Positions 8,162 through 19,223 are shown, counted from the first letter of the stretch. The stretch: 27,096 nucleotides of DNA from a bacterium (GCA_038127595.1 JAYPIC010000006.1:1-27096); one strand, 5' to 3'. The notes: generated by a model from the letters alone, not told the origin. Numbers and translations are program-made.

Positions 8162-10065
8162 TGTTAAATGAAATAACCAATGATAATGCAGTTGAAGAGG
8201 TAGAGAACTCTCGTATTGGAGAAAACGATACCAGTGTAGGGGATACTACACCTACTGTTGACCAAAAAGAAATTAAAGATTACTTAAGCAGTTCATTATT
8301 TGAGAATGTTAAATCAATATCATCTGATGATCTTGGTACTCAAGATGAAGATGCATCAGAAGTGAAAGAACTTAGTGAAGCATATTCAAATACGTTAGTT
8401 GATATTTCTGAAAATCAACTTATTAATGGTAGAGTAGTGGGAATGAATGATAGGGATGTGTTAATTGACATCGGGTTCAAATCTGAAGGATTAATTGATA
8501 GAAGTGAATTTAATGAGGATAGTTTACCATCTATTGGTGATCAAGTTGAAGTATACTTAGAATATCTTGAGGACTCTAGTGGTAATACGATTTTATCCAA
8601 AGAGAAGGCTGACTTTATGCTTAGGTGGAGAAGCCTTCGTAAGGCATATGATGAAGAAGAAATAATTTCAGGAAAAATAATTAGAAGAATCAAAGGTGGT
8701 ATGATTGTGGACTTGGGGGTAGTTCAAGCATTTTTACCAGGATCGCAATTAGACGTAAGACCTATTACTGATTTTGATATTTATGTAGATAAAGAAATAG
8801 ACCTTAGAATTGTGAAATTAAATGAGGCCAGGAAAAATATCGTTGTATCTCATAAAATGATTATCGAAGAAAGCTTAGTAGAGCAACGTCAGGCTTTATT
8901 TGAAGAAATTGAAATTGGTTCAATTATGGACGGTAGAGTTAAGAATATTACTGATTTTGGAGTATTTGTTGATTTAGGTGGTATAGATGGATTGCTTCAT
9001 ATTACGGATTTATCATGGGGAAGAGTGAATCATCCATCAGAGATGATCGAATTGAATGATGACATTACTGTAAAGGTTATTGAATATGATCCAGAAAGAA
9101 AACGAGTTTCTCTTGGTTTGAAACAATTAACTCCGCACCCATGGGAGGAAGTTGAAGTAAAATATCCAATTGGTTCAGTAGTTAAAGGTACCATTGTAAG
9201 TTTAACTAACTATGGAGCTTTTATTGAAATCGAACCCGGAGTGGAGGGCCTTATCCATGTATCAGAAATTTCTTGGACGCGTCATGTAAAAAATCCGTCT
9301 GAGGAATATTCTATGGGTGATAACGTAGAAGCGAAGGTTATCTCTATAGACTCTGATGAAAGGAAAATAAGTTTAGGAGTTAAACAATTAAGACCAGATC
9401 CTTGGGATGCAATTGAGAAGGAGTTTGAAGTAGGTAGTAAATACAAAGGTAAAGTTCAAAATCTAACTCAATTTGGTGCTTTTGTCGAATTGAAAGAGGG
9501 CATTGATGGGCTCATTCATGTATCAGATTTATCTTGGACTAAAGTTGTTAGACATGCTAAGAATGTGTTGGAAAAAGATCAAGAAGTGGAAGTCGTCATT
9601 TTGGAAGTTTCTAGAGAAAATAGAAAAATTTCCCTTGGTATGAAACAACTTCAAGATGATCCATGGCAAAGTATAATAGAGTATTTTGAATCTGGTAAAG
9701 AGGTTAGCGGGGAGATTATTAGAATCTTAGATAAAGGAATAATTATTCAACTAGAAATGGATGTTGAGGGTATAATTCCATTTGGTAAAATGTCGAAAAA
9801 AGATCGGAGAGTGCTCGCAAGCCAATACGAGGTAGGAGCAAACTTATCAGGTATCGTCATGAAAGTATCGCCTGAAGACAAAAAGATAATTCTTTTTAAA
9901 GAAGAGTTAGCTGGTGGTGGTAGTACACAATCAGCAACAGATGAAGTAAAAGATTATTTAAAGAACCAACAAGTAGATACTGGCGGAAAAATAGACATTC
10001 CCCAAGAGCTTCTAGATAATGCTAAGGATGCTGAAAAGGAAGATAGGCCATCTGATCCTGATTAA
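8161..10065 (+). CDS. rpsA: 30S ribosomal protein S1
   Basis: Six S1 repeats (DIGFKSEG, AFLPGSQ, NITDFGVFVDLGGIDGLLHITDLSW, YGAFIEIEPGVEGLIHVSE, FGAFVELKEGIDGLIHVSD, and a degenerate sixth). Canonical cmk-rpsA order. Confidence 0.98.
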   Translation: MLNEITNDNAVEEVENSRIGENDTSVGDTTPTVDQKEIKDYLSSSLFENVKSISSDDLGTQDEDASEVKELSEAYSNTLVDISENQLINGRVVGMNDRDVLIDIGFKSEGLIDRSEFNEDSLPSIGDQVEVYLEYLEDSSGNTILSKEKADFMLRWRSLRKAYDEEEIISGKIIRRIKGGMIVDLGVVQAFLPGSQLDVRPITDFDIYVDKEIDLRIVKLNEARKNIVVSHKMIIEESLVEQRQALFEEIEIGSIMDGRVKNITDFGVFVDLGGIDGLLHITDLSWGRVNHPSEMIELNDDITVKVIEYDPERKRVSLGLKQLTPHPWEEVEVKYPIGSVVKGTIVSLTNYGAFIEIEPGVEGLIHVSEISWTRHVKNPSEEYSMGDNVEAKVISIDSDERKISLGVKQLRPDPWDAIEKEFEVGSKYKGKVQNLTQFGAFVELKEGIDGLIHVSDLSWTKVVRHAKNVLEKDQEVEVVILEVSRENRKISLGMKQLQDDPWQSIIEYFESGKEVSGEIIRILDKGIIIQLEMDVEGIIPFGKMSKKDRRVLASQYEVGANLSGIVMKVSPEDKKIILFKEELAGGGSTQSATDEVKDYLKNQQVDTGGKIDIPQELLDNAKDAEKEDRPSDPD

Positions 10066-10094
10066 ATTAATCCTTTCTTTTTTAATTTGAAATA

Positions 10095-11069
10095 ATGGTT
10101 AAAATAAGTTTTTTTACTTCATTTTTCAAAAACATTGCATTCCCTGTTGGTGCTTTTCTTCTTGCTGTTTTACTGTGGTTATTTGTAGTTAGCGGTGATC
10201 AGTACACAATGATGCTAGATTTACCCATCGAAGCTCGTAATCTAAATTCTCAAAAGACATATTTAGAAGAAGTTCCCGGTTATGCTTCAGTCATTCTAAA
10301 AGGAAAAGGAAGAGATCTTTTTAAAAGTTATATTTTGCAAAACTATTCTGACATTAAATTGGTCTTGGATTTAGATGGTATTTCTCAAGAGTATGAATTT
10401 ATTTTAAATGATTATTTTGAAAAAAACCCTCGTAAAGTTGTAATTCCGCCATCACATAATGTTAGCTTCATTGAAGTAGTTTATCCAAATCGAATTAATA
10501 TAAGATTAGATGAGGTTATGGAGAAAAAAGTTCCTATTATATCCAATATTCAGAGTTTAGTAAAAGATGGTTATCTTCAAATTGGAAATACCCAGTTTGA
10601 GCCAGACAGTTTGATTATTATAGGTCCTAAAGTAGAATTAAATAAGATTAATGAAGTTCATACAGCGAAAGACACATTATTTAACTTGTCAAAAAGCATT
10701 AGAGGTACGATTGATTTAATTTCACAAAACAGGTTAATTAAATTTTCCCTAAAAAAAATTAATTATTTTCTTGATGTACAACAGATAAGTGAGCGTATAA
10801 TAGTTGATATTCCTGTTAAAGTTATAAATAAGGTAAGGGGTATACGAGTCTTTCCATCCCCACAAACTGTATCACTAACAGTGGTTGGAGGAGTGAATAA
10901 AATCGCAGACATAAAACCTAACGATATATCAGTAATTGTTGATTTTAATTCATGGAAGCTTGAAAAAAACTTTTATACTCCAAAAATAGCTGTCCCATTT
11001 GACATTCTGAATTGGAAAGATTTGTCCCCAAGAACAATAGAGCTTGGCGTAGCAAGGGAGTCAAAATGA
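10095..11069 (+). CDS. YbbR/CdaR-like membrane-anchored protein
   Basis: N-terminal TM AFLLAVLLWLFVV followed by YbbR-type repeats (VILKGKG, EPDSLIIIGP, PSPQTVSLTVVG). Confidence 0.8.
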   Translation: MVKISFFTSFFKNIAFPVGAFLLAVLLWLFVVSGDQYTMMLDLPIEARNLNSQKTYLEEVPGYASVILKGKGRDLFKSYILQNYSDIKLVLDLDGISQEYEFILNDYFEKNPRKVVIPPSHNVSFIEVVYPNRINIRLDEVMEKKVPIISNIQSLVKDGYLQIGNTQFEPDSLIIIGPKVELNKINEVHTAKDTLFNLSKSIRGTIDLISQNRLIKFSLKKINYFLDVQQISERIIVDIPVKVINKVRGIRVFPSPQTVSLTVVGGVNKIADIKPNDISVIVDFNSWKLEKNFYTPKIAVPFDILNWKDLSPRTIELGVARESK

Positions 11070-12061
11070 TAATATTAGGTATAGAGACTTCCTGTGATGA
11101 AACGGCGGTTTCAGTTTGTATGGATGGTAAAATATTATCAAATATTGTAGGTTCTCAATTAATTCATTCTAATTTTGGTGGAGTAGTTCCAGAAGTTGCT
11201 TCAAGAGAACATGAAAGACTGTTGAATGACCTAACTGTTAAAGCTATTGATTCAGCCAAAATAAGCATAAATGCGATTAATGGTATTGCAGTAACTAATG
11301 GGCCTGGCTTAGCTGGAGCATTACTTACAGGTGTTAGTTTTGCTAAAGGATTAGCAATTGGTCTGGGAATTGAAATAGTATCAATAAATCATTTAGAGGC
11401 GCATATTATCGCTAATTTATTGGAAAGAGATGATATTAATTACCCTTTTTTATGTTTATTGGTATCTGGAGGGCACACTCAATTATGGTTGATAAAAAAA
11501 ATGGATGATTACACATTGCTAGGTGAAACTAGAGATGATGCTGCTGGAGAGGCGTTTGACAAAGGCGCTAGAATTTTAGGATTGGGTTATCCTGGTGGGC
11601 CAGAAATTGAAAAATGCGCTCAATTTGGCGATAGTAATCTAGTTAAGTTTCCCAGAGCCTTTATTAATTCCCGGACAATTGAATTTAGTTTTAGTGGTTT
11701 AAAAACTTCCTTGCTTTATTATATGGATTCATTTCAAGAGACTAATGAATGTACTTTAAACGATGTAGCCGCAAGTTATCAAAGTGCCATAATTGATTGC
11801 TTGGTTGCTAAAATGAAATTGGCAACCAAGTTAACTAGTGTAAATACAATTTCTATAGCAGGTGGTGTAGCAAAAAATAAATTCTTAAGACAATCAATTG
11901 ATAAAAATTTATCTGATAAAAACATAATTTTTCCTGATTTAAAATATTGCACTGATAACGCAGCTATGATTAGCTACCTTGGAGAGAAAAAATTTCAAAT
12001 GGGTAAGAAAACTAATCTTGATTTTAGCATAAATCCAAATTTCAAAAACAATTTAGATTGA
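11066..12061 (+). CDS. tsaD: tRNA N6-adenosine threonylcarbamoyltransferase TsaD
   Basis: ILGIETSCDET, GGVVPEVASREH, GPGL.GAL, NHLEAH, LLVSGGHT, DDAAGEAFDK, CTDNAAMI. Start moved to ATG 11066 (ATGA overlap, GGGAG SD upstream). Confidence 0.97.
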   Translation: MIILGIETSCDETAVSVCMDGKILSNIVGSQLIHSNFGGVVPEVASREHERLLNDLTVKAIDSAKISINAINGIAVTNGPGLAGALLTGVSFAKGLAIGLGIEIVSINHLEAHIIANLLERDDINYPFLCLLVSGGHTQLWLIKKMDDYTLLGETRDDAAGEAFDKGARILGLGYPGGPEIEKCAQFGDSNLVKFPRAFINSRTIEFSFSGLKTSLLYYMDSFQETNECTLNDVAASYQSAIIDCLVAKMKLATKLTSVNTISIAGGVAKNKFLRQSIDKNLSDKNIIFPDLKYCTDNAAMISYLGEKKFQMGKKTNLDFSINPNFKNNLD

Positions 12062-14187
12062 AAATACAAATTAATTCTGCTTATGATTTAATAATCATAA
12101 CGATAATAATCTCAATTTTAGTTGTATACTTCTCTTATAGATATAGTCTCTCTAGCTCTGAGAATTCAGTTCTTATTTTTTTTAGAGTTTTAATTTCAGC
12201 TCTTTTAATTTTATTAATTTTTAATCCTGTAATTGAGAAAAAAGGCAGTAATAAAATAAGCTTACCTTGGCACATATATATTGATGAGTCTTTAAGTATG
12301 AAATATCATAAACAGCCTTCAGAGTTAGCTTATAAACAGGGAATTCAAAATTTTATTAAAAAAATAAAAGAAAAAAATGTAGACTTTGAAGTTTTTTCAT
12401 TTGGTTCAGACATCGATTCTATAATTGACATATTTGATATAAGTTTAGATGGTAATTCTACAAATCTTGGATTGATATTTGATGAAGTTAATAGCGATTA
12501 TCAACAAAGTCTTGGTGGATTAATTATTTTTACGGATGGTCAAATTAATCAGGGACCTCCATTAGAGGAATTTTATGATGGCGTAGGTAAAGTTCCAGTT
12601 TATACTATAGGTGTAGGAGATACTACTCCCATGCTTGATGTTTTTATTCGTTCTATAGATTCTCCGCCATTAAGTGTTAAAGGTCAAAATGTAAACATTG
12701 ACGTAATTATTTCCAGTACCGGTAATATTAATGAAAGGGTGAATGTTAATTTATTTGATGAAAAAAACAAATTGATTGGATCTAAACTGATAACTATATA
12801 TGGACAAGGTGAAAATGAAATAATTCGCTTTCAAATAAGCCCTGATAAGATTGGTGAAAACCATTTTTCTGTTAAATGTAGCGCATTATCTGATGAAATA
12901 AATATCCATAATAACCAACAGAAAATTAAAATACATGTTATGAAAGACCAATATAACATTGCATTGGTCACAGGTGCTCCAAACTATAATACTAGACTGA
13001 TTAAAAAATTTTTACATGAGCAGGGAAATAATAATATTGATCATTATATAATGAACCAAAAAAATTTCAACCAAAAATTGAAAGATTTTTTAGAGAAAAA
13101 ATATGAAGTTATAATTTTTGATAATAATCCAGTTACATCAAATGCTAAAAAGTGGGAGTCAGTTGCTAGAGTGTTTGCGAAAAAAATAATTTCTCATAGT
13201 TCCAGTTTCTTTATCATACCTGGTCCTGAAGTCGATTTGAGTTCACTTAATAAATACTTAAAAATAATAGATATAGAAGCAGAAATAGTAAATGAAGATT
13301 TAAAAACTAAAACTGATTGGAGGTTTTTAGATTCTTGGCATAGTTTTAATTCATTAGGCAATGAAAAATCCCTACTAGGCAATTATGATACTTATCCTCC
13401 ACAAATTCCTTCCTTTAAATTGGATAATAAATTTGGTGGTGGATTAAATACAACATACGCTACATATTTTGATGGTGAATTTGAGAGCTCTCTTTTAGTA
13501 ATGGGTGAAAAACAACAAATAAGGTATGCACTTTGGAACTCCATTGATTTAGCATCATTAAAGTATATGCTTTCAAATTCTGATTTAAATTATCTATTTG
13601 AGAATTCTATGAGAAAAATTTCGAATTGGCTAATGAAAAAAAGTGATAGCAGAGAGTTTGTTTTTCGAACAGACAAAAATTCATACCAGCATGGAGAATT
13701 GATATCATTAACTGGAGTTTCATCTGATCTGAGTGATAATATAAAAATTAATGACGCTGTTGTAGAACTATACCACAATAATCAATATATTAGCTCAAAG
13801 CCTTTACTTTATGATTTAAATGATAAAAGCTATAAATCAAAATTCTGGGCTCCAAAACCAGGTTTGATAGATTATAAAATAAAGGTAAATAAAGGCATTG
13901 ATAGTTATGAAGTCAACAGTGGCTCATTTAAAGTTCAAGAGAGTCATATTGAATTAAATAAAATATTTTTAAACAAAAATAAATTAACCATTTTAAGTGA
14001 AAAAAGTGGCGGAATTTTTAGAAATTGGGAAGATAGAGATGAAATTATTTCTGAAATAAAAGATGTCGAAAAGATTGAATACTATGTCTCATTTTTTTCA
14101 TTTAGATATAATTATTTTTATGTTAGCTTAATTTTTATATTACTCTCGTTAGAGTGGTTTTATAGAAAAAAAATTGGATTGATTTAA
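12058..14187 (+). CDS. Membrane protein with vWA (MIDAS) domain and Ig-like domain
   Basis: Two N-terminal TMs; IDESLSM (DxSxS), STNLG, FTDGQ; beta-rich middle region; C-terminal TM ending LLSLEWFYRKKIGL. TTG start in a TTGA overlap with the tsaD stop. Confidence 0.75.
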   Translation: MKIQINSAYDLIIITIIISILVVYFSYRYSLSSSENSVLIFFRVLISALLILLIFNPVIEKKGSNKISLPWHIYIDESLSMKYHKQPSELAYKQGIQNFIKKIKEKNVDFEVFSFGSDIDSIIDIFDISLDGNSTNLGLIFDEVNSDYQQSLGGLIIFTDGQINQGPPLEEFYDGVGKVPVYTIGVGDTTPMLDVFIRSIDSPPLSVKGQNVNIDVIISSTGNINERVNVNLFDEKNKLIGSKLITIYGQGENEIIRFQISPDKIGENHFSVKCSALSDEINIHNNQQKIKIHVMKDQYNIALVTGAPNYNTRLIKKFLHEQGNNNIDHYIMNQKNFNQKLKDFLEKKYEVIIFDNNPVTSNAKKWESVARVFAKKIISHSSSFFIIPGPEVDLSSLNKYLKIIDIEAEIVNEDLKTKTDWRFLDSWHSFNSLGNEKSLLGNYDTYPPQIPSFKLDNKFGGGLNTTYATYFDGEFESSLLVMGEKQQIRYALWNSIDLASLKYMLSNSDLNYLFENSMRKISNWLMKKSDSREFVFRTDKNSYQHGELISLTGVSSDLSDNIKINDAVVELYHNNQYISSKPLLYDLNDKSYKSKFWAPKPGLIDYKIKVNKGIDSYEVNSGSFKVQESHIELNKIFLNKNKLTILSEKSGGIFRNWEDRDEIISEIKDVEKIEYYVSFFSFRYNYFYVSLIFILLSLEWFYRKKIGLI

Positions 14188-14210
14188 TTTTTAATAGGTA
14201 AAAATAAATA

Positions 14211-15524
14211 ATGAAAAACATCACAATAATTGGAACTGGTTATGTTGGATTAGTAACTGGCGTCGGTCTGGCTGAATTTGGCAATAAAGTTGTTTGCGTA
14301 GATATCAATAAAGATAAGATTGCTCAATTAAAATCAGGATCGATACCAATTTATGAGCCAAGTTTAGAAGAAATCACAAAGAGAAATATAAAAAGTGAGA
14401 GATTATTTTTTAGCGATGATATATCAAAAGCAATTCAAAAATCTCAAGTTGTAATAATTGCTGTTGGTACACCTCCAACTAGTAGTGGTGATGCTAATAT
14501 GGAATATGTTTATTCTGTAGTAAGGGCAATTAAGCAAAATTTAAATGATTATAAAATTATATGCACAAAAAGTACGGTCCCTATTGGAACAGGAGGGGAA
14601 ATTATAAAAACTTTGAGCAATGATTTTGAAGAAGGGTTTGATTTTGACTATGTATCAAACCCAGAGTTTCTAAGAGAGGGTTCTGCTGTTAAAGATTTTT
14701 TGTGGCCGGATAGAATAATAATTGGGACAACTAGTGACAAAGCATATGAGACAATGTGCGATATTTATAGGCCATTGTATATTAATAAAAACCCAATTAT
14801 GCATACTACCATAGAAACAGCAGAAATGATTAAATATGCTTCTAATTCATTTTTAGCATTAAAAATTAGTTATATAAATGAAATCGCAAATCTTTGTGAA
14901 ACAGTAGGTGCAGACATTCATGATGTGGCTAGTGCCATGGGAAAAGATGGTAGAATAAGTGATAAGTTTTTACATCCAGGCCCTGGTTTTGGAGGCTCTT
15001 GTTTCCCAAAAGACTTAGAATCATTAATCGCCAAGTCAAAAGAAAAAAACATACCGATGGAGACCTTAAGGGCTGCAAAAAAAGCGAATGATAATCAAAA
15101 AGCGAAAATGGGTACAAAACTTGAAAATCTAATTAGCTCTAGTCTTAAAGGTAAAAAAATAGCTGTGTTGGGTCTATCATTTAAAGCAAATACTGATGAT
15201 ATAAGAGAATCTTCATCTATAGATATTATTGAATTTATTTTAAGTAAAGGCGGTATTGTTAGGGCGTATGACCCTATTGCAAATGCCTCAATGATGGAAC
15301 TTTTTAATAATATATCATATTTTGAGGATGTTTATGATGCTATAAAAGGTGCTGATGCTTTAGTAGTAATGACTGAATGGAATGAATTTCGAGCTCTTGA
15401 TTTACCTAGGATAAAGAATATCATGGAAAGTGCTTTTGTTCTAGATACGAGAAACATAATTAATATGTCGGAACTTTCTAAGTTGGGATTCGTATATGAT
15501 AACGTTGGAAGGATAAAAATTTAG
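14211..15524 (+). CDS. ugd: UDP-glucose 6-dehydrogenase
   Basis: IIGTGYVGL, IAVGTP, KSTVP.GT, SNPEFLREG, KYASN.FLA.KIS..NE, catalytic GFGGSCFPKD. Confidence 0.95.
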   Translation: MKNITIIGTGYVGLVTGVGLAEFGNKVVCVDINKDKIAQLKSGSIPIYEPSLEEITKRNIKSERLFFSDDISKAIQKSQVVIIAVGTPPTSSGDANMEYVYSVVRAIKQNLNDYKIICTKSTVPIGTGGEIIKTLSNDFEEGFDFDYVSNPEFLREGSAVKDFLWPDRIIIGTTSDKAYETMCDIYRPLYINKNPIMHTTIETAEMIKYASNSFLALKISYINEIANLCETVGADIHDVASAMGKDGRISDKFLHPGPGFGGSCFPKDLESLIAKSKEKNIPMETLRAAKKANDNQKAKMGTKLENLISSSLKGKKIAVLGLSFKANTDDIRESSSIDIIEFILSKGGIVRAYDPIANASMMELFNNISYFEDVYDAIKGADALVVMTEWNEFRALDLPRIKNIMESAFVLDTRNIINMSELSKLGFVYDNVGRIKI

Positions 15525-15525
15525 T

Positions 15526-16068
15526 TTGGTTTTTGAAGAACAAGCGTTAAAAGGAGTTTTCATAATTAATCCTACTATTTTTTATGATGAAAGAGGTAGT
15601 TTTTTTGAATCTTTTAAAAATAACGTATTTGAAGAAAAGTTAAATTGTAAATTTGTTCAGGATAATGAAGTTTTTTCTAAAAAAGTAGATACACTTAGAG
15701 GATTGCACTATCAAATAGAGAATCCTCAGGCTAAATTGATTCATGTTGTTTCAGGAGCTATAAAAGATGTAATCGTAGATTTAAGGGTGAATTCAAAAAC
15801 TTTTGGTGAAAGTTTTTCAGTGAACCTTGATCATAAAAATCATAAAATGCTATTTATCCCTGGAGGTTTTGCTCATGGATATTTAGTTCTAAAAAAAAAC
15901 ACTATCGTTCAATATAAATGCACTGACTATTATAATCCCAATTCGGAATATGGCATAAGGTGGAATGATTCAGAGATTAACATCAATTGGGGCGTTACTA
16001 ACCCTTATATATCGCAAAAAGATAGTGATCTACCTTTTTTAAAAGACCAAAAGATGTTACCTGTATAA
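15526..16068 (+). CDS. rmlC: dTDP-4-dehydrorhamnose 3,5-epimerase
   Basis: DERGSFFESF, FVQDN, LRGLHYQ, VDLR..S.TFG, IP.GFAHG, YKCTDYY. TTG start. Confidence 0.96.
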   Translation: MVFEEQALKGVFIINPTIFYDERGSFFESFKNNVFEEKLNCKFVQDNEVFSKKVDTLRGLHYQIENPQAKLIHVVSGAIKDVIVDLRVNSKTFGESFSVNLDHKNHKMLFIPGGFAHGYLVLKKNTIVQYKCTDYYNPNSEYGIRWNDSEININWGVTNPYISQKDSDLPFLKDQKMLPV

Positions 16069-17111
16069 TGAAAAATGTTTTAGTTACAGGAGGTTGTGGT
16101 TTTATAGGCTCAAATTTTGTGAAATATTTAATTTCGCTTGAAAACTATTTTCCAATTATAGTTGATAAATTAACATATGCTGGAAGTATAGAAAACTTAA
16201 AACATATCAATACAGAACTTTTTCAGTTTATTGAAGGTGATATATGTGATGAGCAATTGCTTCATAATATTTTTGAAGATTATAAATTTGATGGCGTTTT
16301 TCACTTTGCTGCAGAAAGTCATGTTGATAGATCAATTGATGGTCCAAAAGAGTTCATTGATACAAATATCATAGGAACATTTAATCTCTTACAAGCTTCT
16401 AGAGCTAATATTAGTAAAAATAAAAATAATTTCAAGTTCATTCATATATCTACTGATGAAGTTTATGGTGATCTTGGTCAAGATGGTTATTTTGATGAAG
16501 AAAGTCCTTACAGACCAAATTCGCCATATTCTGCATCCAAAGCAGCTTCAGATCATTTATCAAGGTCATGGGGTAGGACTTTTAACCTACCTGTCATAAT
16601 AACTAATTGCTCAAATAATTACGGAGCTAATCAATTTCCAGAAAAATTAATACCTCTTATAATAATTAATTGCATTGATTGGAAGCAGTTGCCAGTTTAT
16701 GGCAATGGGGAAAATATCAGAGATTGGTTATTTGTTGAAGACCATTGTATTGCATTAGAAACAATTTTTTTGAAAGGCGAAGTAGGAGATACTTATAATA
16801 TTGGAGGGTCTAATGAAATTAGAAATATAGATATTGTGAAAATTATTTGCGACATAATGGATGAACTAAAACCATCAAAAAATGGTAGTTATAGAGATTT
16901 GATAACTTTTGTGGATGACAGGCCTGGACATGATAAAAGGTATGCAGTAGATTCAACTAAACTTCAAAATACCTTAAAATGGAAACCTAGAGAATCATTT
17001 CAATCAGGGATCAAAAAAACAATTGAATGGTATTTAAATAATGAAGATTGGTGGCGTAAAATTCAAAAAAATAATTACAACCAACAAAGATTAGGATTAA
17101 AAAATAAATGA
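16068..17111 (+). CDS. rmlB: dTDP-glucose 4,6-dehydratase
   Basis: [53 protein letters not shown]. Confidence 0.97.
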   Translation: MKNVLVTGGCGFIGSNFVKYLISLENYFPIIVDKLTYAGSIENLKHINTELFQFIEGDICDEQLLHNIFEDYKFDGVFHFAAESHVDRSIDGPKEFIDTNIIGTFNLLQASRANISKNKNNFKFIHISTDEVYGDLGQDGYFDEESPYRPNSPYSASKAASDHLSRSWGRTFNLPVIITNCSNNYGANQFPEKLIPLIIINCIDWKQLPVYGNGENIRDWLFVEDHCIALETIFLKGEVGDTYNIGGSNEIRNIDIVKIICDIMDELKPSKNGSYRDLITFVDDRPGHDKRYAVDSTKLQNTLKWKPRESFQSGIKKTIEWYLNNEDWWRKIQKNNYNQQRLGLKNK

Positions 17112-17980
17112 AAGGTATTGTGCTTGCTGGTGGAAACGGAACTAGGCTATATCCATTAACAAAAGTAGTGTCAAAACAATTATTACCAATCTATGACAAA
17201 CCAATGATTTATTATTCGTTGTCCACATTACTACTATCCGGCATTAAGGATATTTTAATTATTTCTACTCCTCAAGATATTAACTTTTATGAGCAATTAT
17301 TTTCTGATGGCAGTCAGTTTGGATTAAGTATCCAATATAAAATTCAACCTAGCCCTGACGGACTAGCACAAGCATTTATTTTAGGAGAAGACTTCATTGG
17401 TGATGATAATGTTGCAATGGTTTTAGGAGATAATATTTTTTACGGTTCTGGGTTTTCAAGTACATTAAAAAAATGTGTAAAAATTGTAAATGATGATAAT
17501 AAAGCTGTGGTTTTTGGTTATGAAGTGAAAAATCCAAAACGTTATGGTGTAGTAGATTTTGATAATAAAGGGAATGCTATAAGCATCGAGGAGAAGCCAC
17601 GATATCCGAAATCAAATTATGCAGTGGTAGGGTTGTATTTTTATCCTAATAGTGTTATAAATATTGCAAAAAGCATCAAGCCATCTCAAAGAGGTGAGTT
17701 AGAAATAACTTCGGTGAATTCGTATTACCTAAATAAAAGTGATTTAAAAGTGAATATTTTAGGTAGAGGATTTGCTTGGCTAGATACTGGTACTATTGAT
17801 TCTATCAATAATGCTTCAAATTTCATAAGAACAATTGAAGAAAGGCAAGGTTTGAAGATAGCTTGTCTAGAAGAAATTGCATACTTAAATAAATTTATCA
17901 ATGAAAGTCAACTTAAAGAATTAATCAAAAAATTACCTGATGATTATGCGAATTATTTGCGTAGATTAATTACCAATTAA
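17108..17980 (+). CDS. rmlA: Glucose-1-phosphate thymidylyltransferase
   Basis: [55 protein letters not shown]. Confidence 0.98.
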   Translation: MKGIVLAGGNGTRLYPLTKVVSKQLLPIYDKPMIYYSLSTLLLSGIKDILIISTPQDINFYEQLFSDGSQFGLSIQYKIQPSPDGLAQAFILGEDFIGDDNVAMVLGDNIFYGSGFSSTLKKCVKIVNDDNKAVVFGYEVKNPKRYGVVDFDNKGNAISIEEKPRYPKSNYAVVGLYFYPNSVINIAKSIKPSQRGELEITSVNSYYLNKSDLKVNILGRGFAWLDTGTIDSINNASNFIRTIEERQGLKIACLEEIAYLNKFINESQLKELIKKLPDDYANYLRRLITN

Positions 17981-17993
17981 TTTAACGCAATGT

Positions 17994-19223
17994 ATGTCAA
18001 AAGTATATATAATTTCTACAGCAATTAGTCTAATATTGGGCAATGCCCGGGCTCAAGTTTCTCAGGTTGATATGAGGATTGGCTCTTTTGATAATCTCCG
18101 AAGACAAGATATATCAAGGGAAGATGATAATCTTAAATCACTTGATTTAGAATCTTATAAAGATGTTGCATCCCTTGAGAGTGCCATCTCTCCAGATAAA
18201 TATATTTTAGGACCTGGTGACGAATTGGGTATTAGTATCATAATGGGAGAAAATCTAACTTTACCAACAAAAGTCACGCCCACGGGAGACTTATTTATTC
18301 CTTCTGTTGGGCTTGTAAATGTTTCTGGACAGACATTGGATGAAGCTAGAAAAAAAATAAAAGCATTTATAATTGAAAATGCCTTTCCAAGCGCTAAGGT
18401 TAGCATAGCATTATTGAATATTAGAAAATTTCAAATACAAGTTGTTGGCGCTGTTAATTCCTCAGGTTTCAAAGAGATCTCAGCTTTAGATAGGCTAGAT
18501 AAAATTATTTTTAATTCAGAGGGTTTTCATCCTCTAGCAAAAGAATTTGATATTTCCATAGAGCGCGGGAACGGTGAAAAAGAAAAAATTAATTTTTTAA
18601 ATTTTTTACGTATAGGCGATTTAAAATCTAATCCAACTTTCCTTGAGGGTGATATTATCCTTGTTCCTTTTGGAGATCTATATTTGAATTCTGTTTCAAT
18701 TAGAGGACACATTGAGAATGCTGGTTATGATATTATTGAAGAGAATGAAAGTCTATTAAGTTTCTTGAACAGATCTGTTGCTTTAATTAATGAGACAAAC
18801 TTAATGAGTATCCTTGTTACTAGAAATGAAAATGGTACAGATAAAATTTACAATGTTAGTCCGAAAGATTTTTCTAATTTTATTTTGTCTAATGGTGATA
18901 TCGTAGATATACCTAGAGATGATGGCATAATGGTCAACGGTTTCGTTCAAAAGCCAGGCGCATATGCTTATGTCCCAGGGTACTTAGCTTATAATTATAT
19001 AAGCATGGCAGGTGGTAATACCAAAGATGGAAGTATAGATAAGATAAAGATAATTCACTCTAATGGTTCTAGCAGTAGGAATGTTAACACTATTCTTAAA
19101 CGGGGAGATGTAATCATTGTAGAGCGCTCTACTATAAATACATTAGCCGGCAATATGAGTATACTACAAATTGTTGCATCTTTATTAACAATTTATATGA
19201 CTTATTTAAGCTCCTCAAAATAA
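17994..19223 (+). CDS. Polysaccharide export protein, OPX family (Wza/KpsD-like; Poly_export + SLBB repeats)
   Basis: Signal peptide ending ARA-Q. YILGPGDEL..VTPTGDLFIPSVGLVNVSGQTL export motif, SLBB repeats (VVGAVN, L.EGDIILVP, VNGFVQKPGAY, AGG, LKRGDVIIV) and a C-terminal hydrophobic helix. Confidence 0.88.
   Translation: MSKVYIISTAISLILGNARAQVSQVDMRIGSFDNLRRQDISREDDNLKSLDLESYKDVASLESAISPDKYILGPGDELGISIIMGENLTLPTKVTPTGDLFIPSVGLVNVSGQTLDEARKKIKAFIIENAFPSAKVSIALLNIRKFQIQVVGAVNSSGFKEISALDRLDKIIFNSEGFHPLAKEFDISIERGNGEKEKINFLNFLRIGDLKSNPTFLEGDIILVPFGDLYLNSVSIRGHIENAGYDIIEENESLLSFLNRSVALINETNLMSILVTRNENGTDKIYNVSPKDFSNFILSNGDIVDIPRDDGIMVNGFVQKPGAYAYVPGYLAYNYISMAGGNTKDGSIDKIKIIHSNGSSSRNVNTILKRGDVIIVERSTINTLAGNMSILQIVASLLTIYMTYLSSSK

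Noticed and set aside
8920..9670. Repeated sequence blocks in rpsA
   Set aside because: Explained by the normal tandem S1 domains, not a DNA repeat array or CRISPR.
10062..10090. Possible terminator after rpsA
   Set aside because: Only a weak AT-only stem with a long loop; not supportable as an intrinsic terminator.
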